NCBI GenBank assembly: GCA_964016885.1
Contig: OZ024741.1
Span: forward strand, 372,930,001 to 372,994,000
From: Eledone cirrhosa
Lineage: Eukaryota
Length of the DNA stretch: 64,000 nt
Direction: 5' to 3'
Within the stretch, counting starts at the first letter, position 1. Each line of letters opens with the position of its first letter. The notes beneath the pieces were generated by a model. That model was not told the DNA's origin. It saw only the letters and a program-made list of their open reading frames with translations, and did no database searches. Of this stretch, positions 39,066 through 52,541 are shown in pieces. Both the position numbers and the translations under genes were made by a program.

Positions 39066-41691
39066 TCTGTATTGGTGCATCATGGAAGACCTCTCTTCTG
39101 GAATTCAATTAAATAAACTAAGCTTTCTTCTTCATAATATCATTTAGAAAATCCTTCAGCTTCAAACGGATTAGTCCTGAAATCAAGTCAAGGCCAGCCC
39201 TGTGATGTATTCATACAGATTGAATTTTGCAACACTTCTAAACCAATTTAGGAAAATTGAGGAAAGTGGATGTCATCTAATGATGATGAAGATGATGATG
39301 ACGTTAGAGATGATGATGATGATGATGATGTGAATGTAATGAATAAATATTGTCCCATAGCAGTCAATTATACCTCATCAAGTTTGTAGCGCTCCTTAAC
39401 TTTTAGTGCCACTGAGCACTGTTCACAATTGGATTGGCAGTATCGGTAGAGGGTCGGACACCATGTTTTGCAGCATAGAGTTACAGCACTTTACGTTCAG
39501 AGTTCAAATCCCGCCGAGGTTAACTTTACCTTTCATCTTTATGAGGTCGATAAAATAAATCACAAGTAATGCATTGGATAATTGCTGGCCTTGTGCCAAA
39601 AGTAGAAACAATTTATTTTTTATTATACAAGTTCGAAAATTTTTTTTCGAAAACTTAGGATTTCCACGTGAAGAAAGCTAGAAACCCAACATAGCTTCCA
39701 GTATGTTTTATAACTGCATTTAGTGATAGTTAATTTAATATTTTCTGTACACCTTTAGTTTAAATGCAGTTTTAAAGAATTTAACATTGACTTAACCCTT
39801 TAGCATTTACATTATTCAATATTTACTATTGAATCTTCACTGTAAAAGCTTTATCTTACATAATTATCTCACATAATGTTGAAACTGCGAGATTTTGATG
39901 TTATTTAGTTTTGTAGGTATGAGTAGCCAATTACAGCCAGTTTGAACAGAAAGAAGTGAGAGATTTCTGTCCGGATACAGCCAGTTTAAATGATAAAGGG
40001 TTAAATAACATAAATATAACTTTTTCAATGTGTCACCCTTACTATCTTCCAGGATAATATTTTCTCTAGTCTGTGCTCTAAAACCATGAGGTAGAATGTG
40101 CCTGGGGTCCTGCACATTGGAGAGCATACTTCCATTGATCAGTAGATTCATTAGTTTTATTTTTTTATTTATTATATTTCTTTTATTTCCATAAATTATG
40201 CAGAATGTTTATAACTTCTTTTTTTTTATGGATTAATAGAAAAAGAAATTAATTCCAGCTGCACTTTATGCCCCAAAGTGTTTTACATAATTGAATCATG
40301 TGACATAAATATATATTAAGATGTGCACTAGCAGCTGAAGTGTATGATAAAGTTATATCTGTATAAATACAGAGTGTGAACCGAGACTACACTAACATGT
40401 CATCATCATCATCATCATCGTTTAACGTCTATCTTCCATGCTAGCATGGGTTAGACGGGAATTGTCCTACTTAAGGCAGAATTGATTGGGTGACTATGTC
40501 TCGCTCATATAGGACTGTATCTGGCAGGTTTTCTACAGCTGGGTGCCCTTCCTAACACCAACCCCATTTACAGTATATATAAATATATATACACATGCCT
40601 ACATATTAGATGTTGGTGCAGTCTTGGTTACAGACTCCATATTTATACAGATATAACTTTATAAATATAATTATCTATGTGCTATACTGATAAGTGAAGG
40701 CACATGACTTAGTGGTTAGAGCATCGGGCCTACAATCATGAGGTTGTGAGTTCAATTCCCAGACTAGTCTGTGGGTTGTGGTCTTGAGCAAGACACTTCA
40801 TTTCTTCATTTCACATTGCTCCAGTTTGTTCAGCTGTAGAAATGAGTTGCAATGTTACTGGCTGAACCAGCCGTTGCCTTTCCCTTGGACAACATTGGTG
40901 ACATGGAGAGGGGAGACTGGTATGCATGGGTGACTTCTGGTCTTCCACAAAAATGCCTTGCCTATATTTGTACCTCGGAGGGGAACTTTCTAGGGGCAAA
41001 ACCCATGGTCACTCATGACCGAAGGGGTCTTTATAGCAATAAGATATAAATATGTCTCAAAACTTGTGTCCTACAGATGGTGAAGAAGGAAGAAAATGAA
41101 ATTTTTACATAGGATACTAAACTCTAACCCAAAAAATATATATCACCCTATTAACTAAATGAAAAACAAGAAGACAGGAATATAATGTGTCCAATTAATG
41201 ATATACTATATTCTAAAAAACACACAGATACACACACAGAGGCATAGACACACACACACACACAGATACCCACACCGTACAGTTCATTTTAACAGATATA
41301 AGAGTTGAATTATTTATAAGGTTCAAGGTGAAAGCATGACAGACATGCACACACTTGCACACCCAAGCTCACGTATAAAACACAAAAGTTATTTCAGTCA
41401 TATAGATTTCCTTCAATTTTCTGCAAGATTGTCCTCAGATGATAGAAGCTGACCTTCCATTCTGACTTTATTGATCAATAAGCAAGTTTGTATACACTTT
41501 AAAAATGTGATTATTACAAGATCAAATACATGCATTAGTATTGATTGCTTGCTCATGAATCTGTGTATTCTTTAAGAAAGTTTAAAACAGAAGATTTGGT
41601 ATGAACAAAGACTATTTCTCAATTAACCTTTTACATTAAGTTCTCTACTAGTTTCTATAGCTGTCAATTTTAGTTTTAATCTTTCTAATAT

Positions 41692-42030
41692 AGTGGAACC
41701 TCAGTTCATGAACTTAATTTGTTCCTGAAGGCAATTCGTCACCCAAAATGTTTATAAAATGAAACTATTTTTTCCCTACGAAATGTTGAGAGAAATACTG
41801 TAAGAGACAGACTGAGTGTGAAAGACAGATAGATATCACCACAGTAACTAACTACACAGCAAGTGATGCTTTCCCGCTGATACTCCAAGCTTGGCGTCAA
41901 CTGTTGTTGCTGGTTAGCATGTTTGTTACTCAAGACAATGTTCATCACCCTAGATATTTTATGTTCAGAAAAGTTGTTCATGAACCAATTTGTTCATGAT
42001 GAGAATTGTTTGTGAACTGTGCTAACCTGT
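41692..42030. mobile_element. Degenerate Tigger/pogo-like MITE
   Basis: Left end TAGTGGAACCTCAGTTCATGAAC resembles the CAGTGGAACCTC-type TIR. Right end gtttgtgaactgtgctaacctg is a weak mirror. Repeated gttcatga motifs. Confidence 0.5.
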
Positions 42031-43129
42031 CTGAAACTGTCCCTGGTTCTATGATATGCAACCATTATAGTTTTATGCCTTTGCCATTTTGTCTGCAGGG
42101 TGCAGCTGAAACACTACTCTGACTTAGGTGTAGAGTTTATCACCCTCTCCTGTTCCCCTTTCTTTCTCTTGTTGCCTAATAATCCTTACCTTTTCCCTCC
42201 TTTTCCTCTCATTTATAGTCTTTTCCAATACTATTTTCTTTTTCTATATGTTTGACTCAATATTAAATTCTTTATTATTTTTATGTAATTTTATCCTAGG
42301 AATATATTAAGTACTTTGAAAGAAAATAATTTGATTTTATATAAGAAGTTTAAATAAGAAGTTATATTTCAAACTACGGCTTAATAATGAGAAAGTTAGT
42401 CACTAAACTCCTCCAAATTATTGATTATTTTTAAATTAAACTTCTCGTGGCAGATGATTTCAATGCTTGTTTTTGCAGAGTTTCAATGGAATGATACAAA
42501 ACTGTTAGAAGCCATTAAACCATTTTGAAGTATAATTTACATGGATAGCCCTTACAGCAATCACCATCTCAAAGAAGATACAGAATATTTGTTGACTATA
42601 TGAGAAGTATGTTTGGATCAACTAGTTCTCATTGATGCATCTAAAGAACTGGCTGTATTGTCTGAAAGAAGAGGTTCTATAGCTCCTGCAACTTACCATA
42701 TTACAATTATGATATTTTTAGTATTATTATTCCCAGCAAATTGGCAAGATTAATTCCAGACTGGTTTCATCATTCCGAATGAAGCACTACAAATGTATGA
42801 AGCTGTCGATAGCATATTTCATGTTTATTTTGTGATTTCTTTTAAATGAATTGCTTTTAGGCAGCAAGATGTGATGTTTCAAGGCAATTTTTGACAGACA
42901 CTTCCTATCTTAAAGGAAGTTGGCAGAACTGGTATTGGGAATATAGTTGTAATCCATTCTCCATTTGAAAGAGAGTGATGAAATTAGAAAGTACCGTGAA
43001 TATGAAACGATAGAATTGAAAGGGTCTATAGAATTGACTGGGTGGAATTTCTGATTCTTGTTGGTGAAGGGCAGGAACAATTGAGCTGATGATAAAATGG
43101 AGCTTTCAAATGGTATTGAAGTTATATTG

Positions 43130-44140
43130 AATGGTTTCTGATTTATGGAAAACGCCAACAATTTGGGAGGGGGAGAGGGGAAAGTCAATTAAATCAACTT
43201 GGTGTATTACTGGTACTTTATTTTATTGACCCCATAAGGATGAAAGGCAAGCTAACCTTGGCAGGATTTAAACTCAGAACATAAAGGAATGTAACTATAT
43301 GCTACAAAGCATGTCTGATGCTCTACCGAATAATAATTGTTTCTACTTTTTGGCACAAGGACAGCAATTACCCAGTGCATTACTGGTACTTTATTTTATC
43401 GACCCCGTAAGGATGAAAGGCAAAGTTAACTTTGGCGGGATTTGAACTCAGAATGGCAAGGGCCGTAACTCTATGCATCAAAGCATGGCGTCCCACCCTC
43501 TACCGATACTGCCAATCCACCGCCATTACTCTACCGGATAATAAAAATAATGATTTCTACTATAGGCACAAGACCAGCAATTTGGGGGGAGAGTAAAGCT
43601 GATTACATTGACCCCAGTGCATTACTGGGCTTATTTATCAACCCTATAAGGATGAAAGATAAAATTAACTTTGGCAGGATTTGAAGTCAGATCATAAAGG
43701 GATGTAACTATATGCTGCAAAGTATGTTGTCTGATGCTCTACTGAATAAAAATTGTTTCTACAATTGGCACAAGGCCAGCAATTATTCTAGGGCATTACT
43801 GGTACTTTATTTTATCGACCCCGTAAGTAAACCTTGACAGAATTTAAACTCAGACCGTAAAGGGATGTAACTAAGCTGGAAAGCATGTCGTCCGACTCTC
43901 TACCGATACTGTCAATCCACCGCCCTACTGAATAATAATGATGACAATAATAAGGGTTTTTGATTTAGGGAAAAGGCCAGCAATTTTTAGGGGAGGGGAA
44001 GACTGGGTCACTGTAAGGATGAAAGGCAAAGCTAACCATGGCAGGATTTGAACTCAGAATGTAAATGGAAATCAAGTTTTTGGGAGCCCATTATATCTTG
44101 CAAACTTCATAGAGCGAGCTATACTATATTCTGCCAATTC
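43130..44140 (-). mobile_element. Array of five SINE family A copies alternating long and short forms
   Basis: Units at about 43130 (long), 43335 (short), 43548 (long), 43752 (short) and 43953 (long, internally deleted). Confidence 0.9.
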
Positions 44141-44759
44141 TATTAATGAGGAAATTATCAGCGTATTTGGAGGAGAAACAGTTGTTTACAAAAGCACTGA
44201 TTACTGTAATTATGAAGACAATTGTCTAATGTAGTTACTAAACAGCTGTAATGTTGGTAGAATAAGTTGGGCCACCCACTCATCATATGCTAACCCTGAA
44301 AAGCGGCATTTTATAAAGCTATTGCAAATTTAAATTAAAAGCAATAGAACCAAAATTCAAATAGTTAATTTACATAAAATTATTATAGAAGGCCAGGTTA
44401 TTACAGAAAGGAAAACATGTCATTGTGCCAAATATTAAACTAAGAGAACCTCTCACATCATTCTGCCATTCACTCTTACATAATTACAGCTTTTAGTTCA
44501 AGTGGTTTCTGCGTGCAATGACAACAAATTATCAATTGTGCAGTAAAATCGATCTGTTTTTCCCCAACAGATTTATTTGTACATGAACATGCGTGTGCAG
44601 CTCTGTAAAAAATAACACAGGATGCTGCAGGTATAATGACAATGTCAAAGTCACCATCATTGTATAGTTAGAAACCTTTTAGTGTTAAGACAGTTTTCTT
44701 AACTTTTATATAAACCTGGGTACTTGATTCACATATATATATATATGTATATATATATA

Positions 44760-44850
44760 CAGGTGTCCCAAAAAATGTATACAGACTTTGTACAGGCAAT
44801 ATTTATTAGAATGCTGTTGAAGCGTGTATATATTTTGGGGGGACACCTTG
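44760..44850. mobile_element. Tiny (91-bp) Tc1/mariner-type MITE
   Basis: TA|CAGGTGTCCCAAAAAATGTATAC...GTATATATTTTGGGGGGACACCTTG|TA within (TA)n. Confidence 0.8.
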
Positions 44851-45030
44851 TATATATAGAGAGAGAGAGTTTGGATATAGCTGTCAAAACGGCTGGAGCT
44901 CAGCCGTCGGGGTCCTGACTCTTTTCATATTACCCACTCTATTACCCTAAGTATTGAGTACTCTGGTGCATTATGGTTCACCTGGTATCTTACCACACTT
45001 TCTTTGTTATATATATAATATATATATATA

Positions 45031-45325
45031 TATTGTTATACTTGGGGAGGGTCATATTGTTGTAATAATATTGCCAGAAATAATAACAGAACACACTCAC
45101 TGTTTGGTTGGTTTTCGCTTCTGTATCTTAAACTGTTTCGTATTTTGAAAGAAACACAGTGTTTTAAGAAGCGAATTTGTTCTGTTGTTATTGTAGTTTT
45201 TATATAACAGAAAATAGTGTTTTTCAATAACCTTTCAGCTTGGCATAAACATATTATTACAACAATATGACCCACCCCAAGTATAACAATATTTGTTTCG
45301 ACACGATTTCATATCAAAACCTTGC
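45031..45325. mobile_element. Inverted-repeat MITE-like element between (TA)n tracts
   Basis: 40-bp IR tattgttatacttggggagggtcatattgttgtaataata (45031) / tattattacaacaatatgacccaccccaagtataacaata (to 45291), plus a 34-bp right extension. Relatives at 49840-49943 and 63738-63855. Confidence 0.8.
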
Positions 45326-45337
45326 TATATATATATA

Positions 45338-47499
45338 TGAGGACCAAAAACGTGAGGTGTTCAGGATTGCTAGGCAATGTGTCAAGGAAAATCGTGATAT
45401 TGTCGGGGAGAAGTGTGTACTTAAAGATGATGGCGTGGTTGCCATCACTGACGCTGATAAGAAGGTAGCTTGGAAGTGTCACTACGAAAGGCTACTAAAT
45501 GAGGAGAATAAATGGGAGAAAGACAGTCTCCCCCACATCGACCCAACAGAGGGACCAGCAGTGTTAGTCGAAGGTAGTATAATAAGTAAGGCAATCAAAG
45601 ATATGAAGACGGGTAAGGCGGCTGGGGCTTCGGAAATAGTTGCTGAGATGCTGAAAGCCTCTGGAACGGTGGGACACACCATGGTCACCCGGATAGTAAA
45701 CCAAGTCATACAGAATGGGGTTGTTCCGAAGGACTGGCGTAGCAGCATCATCATTAACTGCTACAAGGGTAAAGGAGACACCCTAGATAGGAGTAACTAT
45801 AGAGGCATTAAATTAATCGACCAGGTCATGAAGGTCACGGAAAAAGTAATAGCGCAACTAATCAGAGAGAGAATCGATCTAGATGAAATGCAGTTCGGGT
45901 TTGTGTCAGGCAAAAGTACGACAGACGCTCTTTTCATTGTACGACAACTACAGGAGAAGTACGTAGCTAAAAGTAAACCCCTATACTTAGCTTTCGTCGA
46001 CTAGGAGAAAGCCTTCGACAGAGTCCCCCGTTCCATTATCTGGTGGGCTCTTAGAAAACTAGGTGTTGATGAATGGCTTGTGAGAGCTATACAAGCCATG
46101 TATAAAGAAACAGTCAGCAAGGTTAGAATTAACAACGAATATAGTGAAGAGTTTAACGTAAAAGTTGGTGTTCATCAGGGCTCTGTTCTTAGCCCCCTAC
46201 TATTTATTATTGCCCTTCAGGCTATAACAGTGGAGTTCAAGACCGGCTGCCCATGGGAACTCCTATACGCAGATGATCTAACGCTCATAGCTGAATCAAT
46301 GGCAGAGCTAGAGAAGAAATTCCAAACATGGAAGCACGGCCTAGAATCAAAAGGCCTTAAAATTAACCTGGCTAAGACTAAAGTTCTAGTTTGTAGGAAA
46401 GAAAATAAGGCGCCGGTCCCTTCCGGGGAATGGCCATGCTCAGTGTGTAGGAAAGGCGTAGGTAGAAACTCCATTTTATGTCCCAAAAAATACTAGCTCT
46501 TTCAATTGTGCAGAGGGTTCTATAGAAATAGTGGACAGCTTCCGTTACCTGGGTGACACAATCAGCAGTGGGGGAGGGTGCTCTGAAAGTACAGTAGCTA
46601 GAGTCAGAACTGGATGGAAAAAGTTCAGAGAGCTTATACCACTATTAGCCGCTAAAGGGTTCTCCCTAAAAATGAAAGGCAGGCTGTATGATGCCTGCAT
46701 ACGAACAGCAATGTTGCATGGCAGTGAGACCTGGGCATTGTGTGCAGAGGATATACGCAGACTAGAGAGGAACGAAGCTTGCATGCTCCGCTGGATGTGT
46801 AATAGTAATATACGCGAACGGCAAAGCATAAACGAACTAAGGGAAAAATGAGAAATAAGAGGGATCAGATGTTGTTTACTCGAGAGAAGGCTACGTTGGT
46901 ATGGTCACGTGATGCGCATGAAAGACGACAGCTGTATAAAAAAGTGCAGGGCAATAAAGATAGACGGTAGCCACGGAGTAGGCAGACCCAGAAAAACCTG
47001 GGACGACCTGATAAAAATCCGACCTCACACACTTACACCTCTCCAAGACAATGTCACTGGACCGAGATCTTTGGTGGCACTCAGTAATAGAGAAGACCCG
47101 CCTTACCTAAATACAAAGTAAAACCTACTACAGTCAGTAGGCATCTCTAACAAAATACACCCCCGTCCCACCACCCCCACCCCATCCACACCGCCCCTTT
47201 CAATGTAAAGTTATGTTGGTGCCACAACATCCAGGCCGAAACAAATGAGATCGTGTAGGTGTCACGACAAAAAAAACACACAGTCCACGCTGTAATGTGG
47301 CCGTGTAGGCAACACGGTAAAAACCTCCCAGTCCCACACTGTAAATGTGGTTGGTGTTAGGAAGGGCATCCAGCTGTAGAAAACCCACCAGACAGTCCTA
47401 TGCGAGCAAGACAACCACTCTTGCCTCAAGTGGGAAAACTCCCGTCCAAACCCATGCAAGCGTGGAACATGGACGTTAAACGATGATGATGATGATGAT
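45338..47499 (+). mobile_element. Young 5'-truncated RTE-clade LINE (RT pseudogenised)
   Basis: ORFs 45267-46004 (YKGKGD..NYRGIKL..MQFGF..STTDA..LAFVD*), 46080-46496 (GVHQGSVLSPLLF, LLYADD, WPCSVCRKGVGRNSILC), 46531-46851 (FRYLG, HGSETW) and 46909-47121 (GRPRKTW). 3'UTR and (GAT)n tail at 47482-47499. Confidence 0.95.
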
Positions 47500-47588
47500 A
47501 TATGTTTTAGTATTTATTTATTTATTTATTTGTTATCCTAATATATTTATTTTCTAATATATCAACAGCAATGATGACAACTACTGCC

Positions 47589-47623
<35 letters not shown>

Positions 47624-48499
47624 ACACTTGTAGCATTGCAAGTTAACAATATAACATGATCAGTAAAATGTAGGTATGTGTGTAATGTATTCTTGTCATT
47701 GATACAGTACGTGCTACAGAGATACACAATACGTTTGCAATATCACATTACTCCTTAATGTCAAGTTTAAAGTCTATTTTGATTCTAAAGAAATACTTAT
47801 GAATGGCACAATTTAACAGTCGCAGTCAGGTAACAAACAAAATATTTGATCAGTATAATGGCCAGAAGATATTGCAAACTTCATACTACAAAGTGAAACA
47901 TGAGGCTTTGTATGACAGAATAGATGAAGGAATAGAACATATTTGACTTGAAGTTAGACTTTTGAAAGTTAAAGTGACTTCACGTGTGCAGACATATGTT
48001 AAGTAGGAAAGAAAAGCCAGAATACGATGCTGATGGATGGAAAACTGAATTGTGAATAGATTAAATTACACAATGAAAAACATCCATAAGTGTCAAGGTA
48101 CCTCCACAGGGTGGCCTTTAGAAACCTCAAGACCTTCATATTGTTCAGTGTGTTCAAATACACACCAGTAACAACTATCAAGCAAGAACAAATGTAAAAT
48201 GTCTTCTTATATATTTATAATTGAATTTGGATGAATACATACATTCATAGAATGGAAAACATTAGAACATATGATTTCTACTTTAGGGACAAGGCCTGCA
48301 ATTTGTGGAGAGAGGAAAGTCGATTTTATCCATCTCAGTATTTGACTGGTACTTTATTTTATCAACCCTAGAATGATCCTCAGTGGGATTTGAACTCAGA
48401 ATGTAAAAAGCAGGAACAAATGTGACAAAACATTTTAGCCAATGCTCTAAAGATTCTACCTGTCCACGGCCCTCAAAAAGACATTAGAATATATGAACA

Positions 48500-49690
48500 T
48501 ATAACAAGATCCAGCTCACACCCCACATCCCCAAAATTAAAGACCTTGAAACCTCAGTGAATGATTTTAAATTCTATAAGAACACTAACCGCTTTCAAAA
48601 CAAACTAAAACATGACATCACTAAAACTGAAAATAATCCTAACCCTTTTTCTCAGATATAATTAATAATCAATATGATTACTTACTTAATGATAACATCA
48701 CTAAAGATTATAGGGAAGCTACAAGTTCATATAATGATTTTAATACTGAAGCTATAAATTTAACTAAAGACCTGAGTATAGATAAGAGAGAGAATGCAGA
48801 CCCAATCAAGAATCCTCACAATCAAGGACCATAAAAAAATTTAACACTAACTCCAAATTTAGACTAATAAAATGCTGATAAGACTGAAATAGGAGTAATT
48901 AGTAAAAAAAATCTTTAGGAAGATTAATGATAAAATAAGACTGACACCAGTTTACAACAATAGACAAAAACTAACATCATCATAAAATAATTTACAAATA
49001 TTTGTAAAATAAATGAATCTAGATTTATTCAGTTTCATAGTGTTAGTCAATAACTACTTCTCTCCTAAATAAAGCACTAAGCTTTGCTAAAAGACACCAT
49101 GATATAGACATTATTAAATTGGAGGTAATAGAACATGCTAGAAAGACTTTGCTATGTGACCAAGACTCAGCCTAGATGAAAATATCCCACTCTGCAAGAA
49201 ATTTCAATATGGGTATGGGACTGTATAATAGTGCAGATATCTGCAATCTCATGGGCCTGTAAATATAAGACATTCTAAAAGAGAGATTCAACAGCACTAA
49301 TGTAAATGTTTACAGGTATGATGGCTTTATAGTATCAACACAAGCAAGATAATTTTAGAAAATACTTCATAGACATCTTAAATATATAAGGATTCAATAT
49401 CACTATTAATACTAATCTAAAAATAAATCATTTCTTAGATATCTCCCTGAATTTAGACAATAACAACAATAAGCTCAGTGAGATTCTTGGACACATTAAT
49501 AGGAATTACTGCCACCCAACTATATGTAAAATTTTATTAATAATATTGGCAAACACATCTGAAAGCTCTCTTCTACTAAAAAGATATATGACAGAACAGC
49601 AACATGTTATAATAGTGCCCAAATGAGAAATAGGATCAAGTTTGAAACACCAAAACTGTAGTACACAAGATCAAAATAACATTCAGAGAT
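48500..49690 (+). pseudogene. Penelope-like element (PLE) reverse-transcriptase relic
   Basis: Fragments TIKDHK, KFRLI..KTEIGVISKK, RFIQF, LLNKALSFAK, IEHARKTLL, FNMGMGLYNSADICNLMGL, VYRYDG and FLDISLNL match PLE RT motifs (FDVTMGSYDGAE.CELVGL, YRDDG). Many stops. Confidence 0.75.
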
Positions 49691-49749
49691 AATATAAGAA
49701 TAGCATGCCAATATATATATATACCTTAATTTGATTAGTCCTTTAACCA

Positions 49750-49846
<97 letters not shown>

Positions 49847-50030
49847 ATACTTTGGGAGGGTCATGTTGCCAATAAGTATAACAATATCGGTTTCAACACA
49901 CGCTTTCAGATAAAGAATCTTGCTAAACAAATTCAGAAACGAAATATATATATATATATATAATATATATACCTTAATTTGATTAGTCCTTTAACCACTT
50001 TTTATATATATATATATATATATTATATAT

Positions 50031-50362
50031 GGTGGCACATGGCTTAGTGGTTAGAGCATTGGCCTTGCAATCGAAAGGTTGTGAGTTCAATTCTCAGACC
50101 GGGTGATGTGTTGTTTCCTTGAGCAAGACACTTTATTTCACATTGCTCCAGTTTACTCAGCTGTAGAAATGAGATGATAGGACTGGGGTTCCTATCATTC
50201 CACTGCACAGTGGTCGTGGAGGTGCCACGGCAAAAAAGCACTCAGCGCTCACTGTAAATTAGGAAGGGCATCCAGCTGTAGAAATCAAGCCAGAATCAGT
50301 TCCCGTCCCACCCTTGCAAGCAGGGAAAAGCGGACATAAAATGATAATGATGATGATGATGA
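50031..50362 (+). mobile_element. SINE with tRNA head, CORE-like domain and RTE-derived tail
   Basis: A box TGGCTTAGTGG, B box GTTCAATTC, ccttgagcaagacactttatttcac core, then RTE 3'UTR modules and (GAT)n. Confidence 0.85.
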
Positions 50363-50486
50363 CATATATATACACACATACATATATATATATATATATG
50401 CATATATATGTGTGTGTATATATATGTGTATATATATACACACATATATATATGCATATATATGTATGTGTGTATATATATGTCAT

Positions 50487-50529
<43 letters not shown>

Positions 50530-50555
50530 CATTCACATACACACACATATATATA

Positions 50556-50982
50556 TCATCATCATCACCGTTTTACATCCATTCTTCCATGCTAGCATGG
50601 GTTAGACGGGTTGTCCTGCTGTGGGCAGTGTCCAGTCGATTGACCTTGTCTTGCTCATACTTGATTTCTACAGCTGGATGCCCTTCCTAACACCAACCTC
50701 ATTTACAGTGAGTGCTGGGTGCTTTTTTTTTCCGTGGCGCCTACACGTCCACTTTACAGTGTGGGCTGTGTGCTTATTTTGCTGTGGCACTTTCACGACC
50801 ACTTTGCAGTGGAATGATAGGGACCCCAGTCCTATCATCTCATTTCTACAGCTGAATAAACTGGAGCAATGTGAAATAAAGTGTCTTGCTCAAGGAAACA
50901 ACACATCACCCAGTCTGAGAATTGAACTCACAACCTTTCGATTGCAAGCCCAATGCTCTAACCACTAAGGCATGTGCCTTCA
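50556..50982 (-). mobile_element. Second, more complete copy of the tRNA/CORE/RTE-tail SINE, inverted
   Basis: Reverse complement closely matches 50031-50300. Tail matches 34140-34413. Confidence 0.85.
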
Positions 50983-52541
50983 CATATATATAGCAGGGAA
51001 AAGCGGACGTAAAATGATGATGAAGATATATATTTAGATATATACACACACACACGTTTATATGCATATATGATGGCTGCAACTCGATTTCATCAGTTGT
51101 GAAAGTGTTACTGAATGTTGTACATGATAAATTGATGAATATTCAATTTATTAAAATCTTCTATCTCCTTTGTAGACAGAGAAGAAAATTAAGAAATTTG
51201 AAGAAGTGAAGAAAACATTCATGATTATATTAAGAGGATTAGTATAGAAAGAACAATTTGATATTCATTTTTGAAATGAATGATAACTATGGATGCATTT
51301 TAAACACATATTAACAGATATCCCTCAACTTTGAAACAAAAATTACATTGTTCCTTTTTTTTTCCTAAGCCTCTTAATTCATTCAAGGGGGAATTTTATT
51401 CTCAAGTTCTTGCATTTATCTCTCAGAGTTGTTAAGAATAACTGTTAGATTTTCGTTTACCTCTTCTATCTCCACAAAGAAAATTTAAACCCTTTTTATT
51501 ACTAGATTTCTATGAATTTCAATTATTTTTGATGATAATAGAATATTTCAAGGATATTTAATATAATAACTAAATTTTCCTTTGTAAGCCAGTATTTGGT
51601 GCACTCCTTAATAAAAAATTTCTTAAATGAAATTATAATGGAAGGTTTTAATGTAAGTAAACACATGTTAAATGGGGAAGTTGATTTGTATTATAAAATT
51701 AGAACAGTTTCAAGCAGTTACCGGGTACAGTCCTTATAATAGATATGTCTGAAAGGTATCAATAGGCCTTATGTTATCATATTTGTAATGAAGGATTACC
51801 TATGTTTTTAAATAATTTTGAAAGTAATCAAGAATTTCTAAGGATCTAATAATTTTTATTATTTATCTGGTATTTTGGGTGGTGGATTGGAAGTATTAGT
51901 AAAGCGTTGGCTACCATGCTTCGCAGCAGATAGTTATGGCCCTTTACATACTGATTTGCAGCAGATAGTTATGGCCCTTTACATACTGATTTCAAATGTT
52001 GCTGAGGTTAGCTTTACCTTTCATCCTTACATGGTTGATAAAATACCAGTAATGCACTGAGGTTGATTTAATTGACTTTCCTTTCCTCTAAAATTGTTTG
52101 CCTTGTGTCTAAATCAGAAACCATTATTTATCTGGTATTTAGAGCACAGCTTAACAAAGAATTATAATGAAAGGTTTCTAAAAGAATAAAAACAGCTTAG
52201 TATCATAGAACCAAGCAGTTTGGTATGAAAAGGGTTAAACAGTATCTAGTAGAGTGAGACATGTTAATTCATTATAGAGATGAGAATTGACTTCAGACAA
52301 TTTAATACCTGAGATTTTATGTAAATAACATAAGTTTGGATAAGATGAAGTTTGGATTCATGCCAGCATGTGGATCCAGAGATAGCACATCTTAGTGAGA
52401 CAAAACAAAGAACATTCTCAACCTGGAACATTCAAGTCTACTTTGATAAGGTTCCAAACTATGTAGTGCGGTTGGCACTGAGAAAGTTAGATTGTTTTAG
52501 ACCATATATGTAGGTATTGAAAAGGAAATGAAGACTAGCAG

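Noticed and set aside
45267-46851. RTE ORFs as a functional reverse transcriptase or host gene
   Set aside because: 5'-truncated with no endonuclease, an in-frame TAG at 46002-46004, and an apparent deletion or frameshift near 46490. The ORF start at 45267 comes from the adjacent MITE.
50034-50100. tRNA-like sequence with A and B boxes (also 16365, 40696)
   Set aside because: No complete cloverleaf acceptor stem is evident, and the sequence continues into SINE core and tail. These are SINE heads, not tRNA genes.
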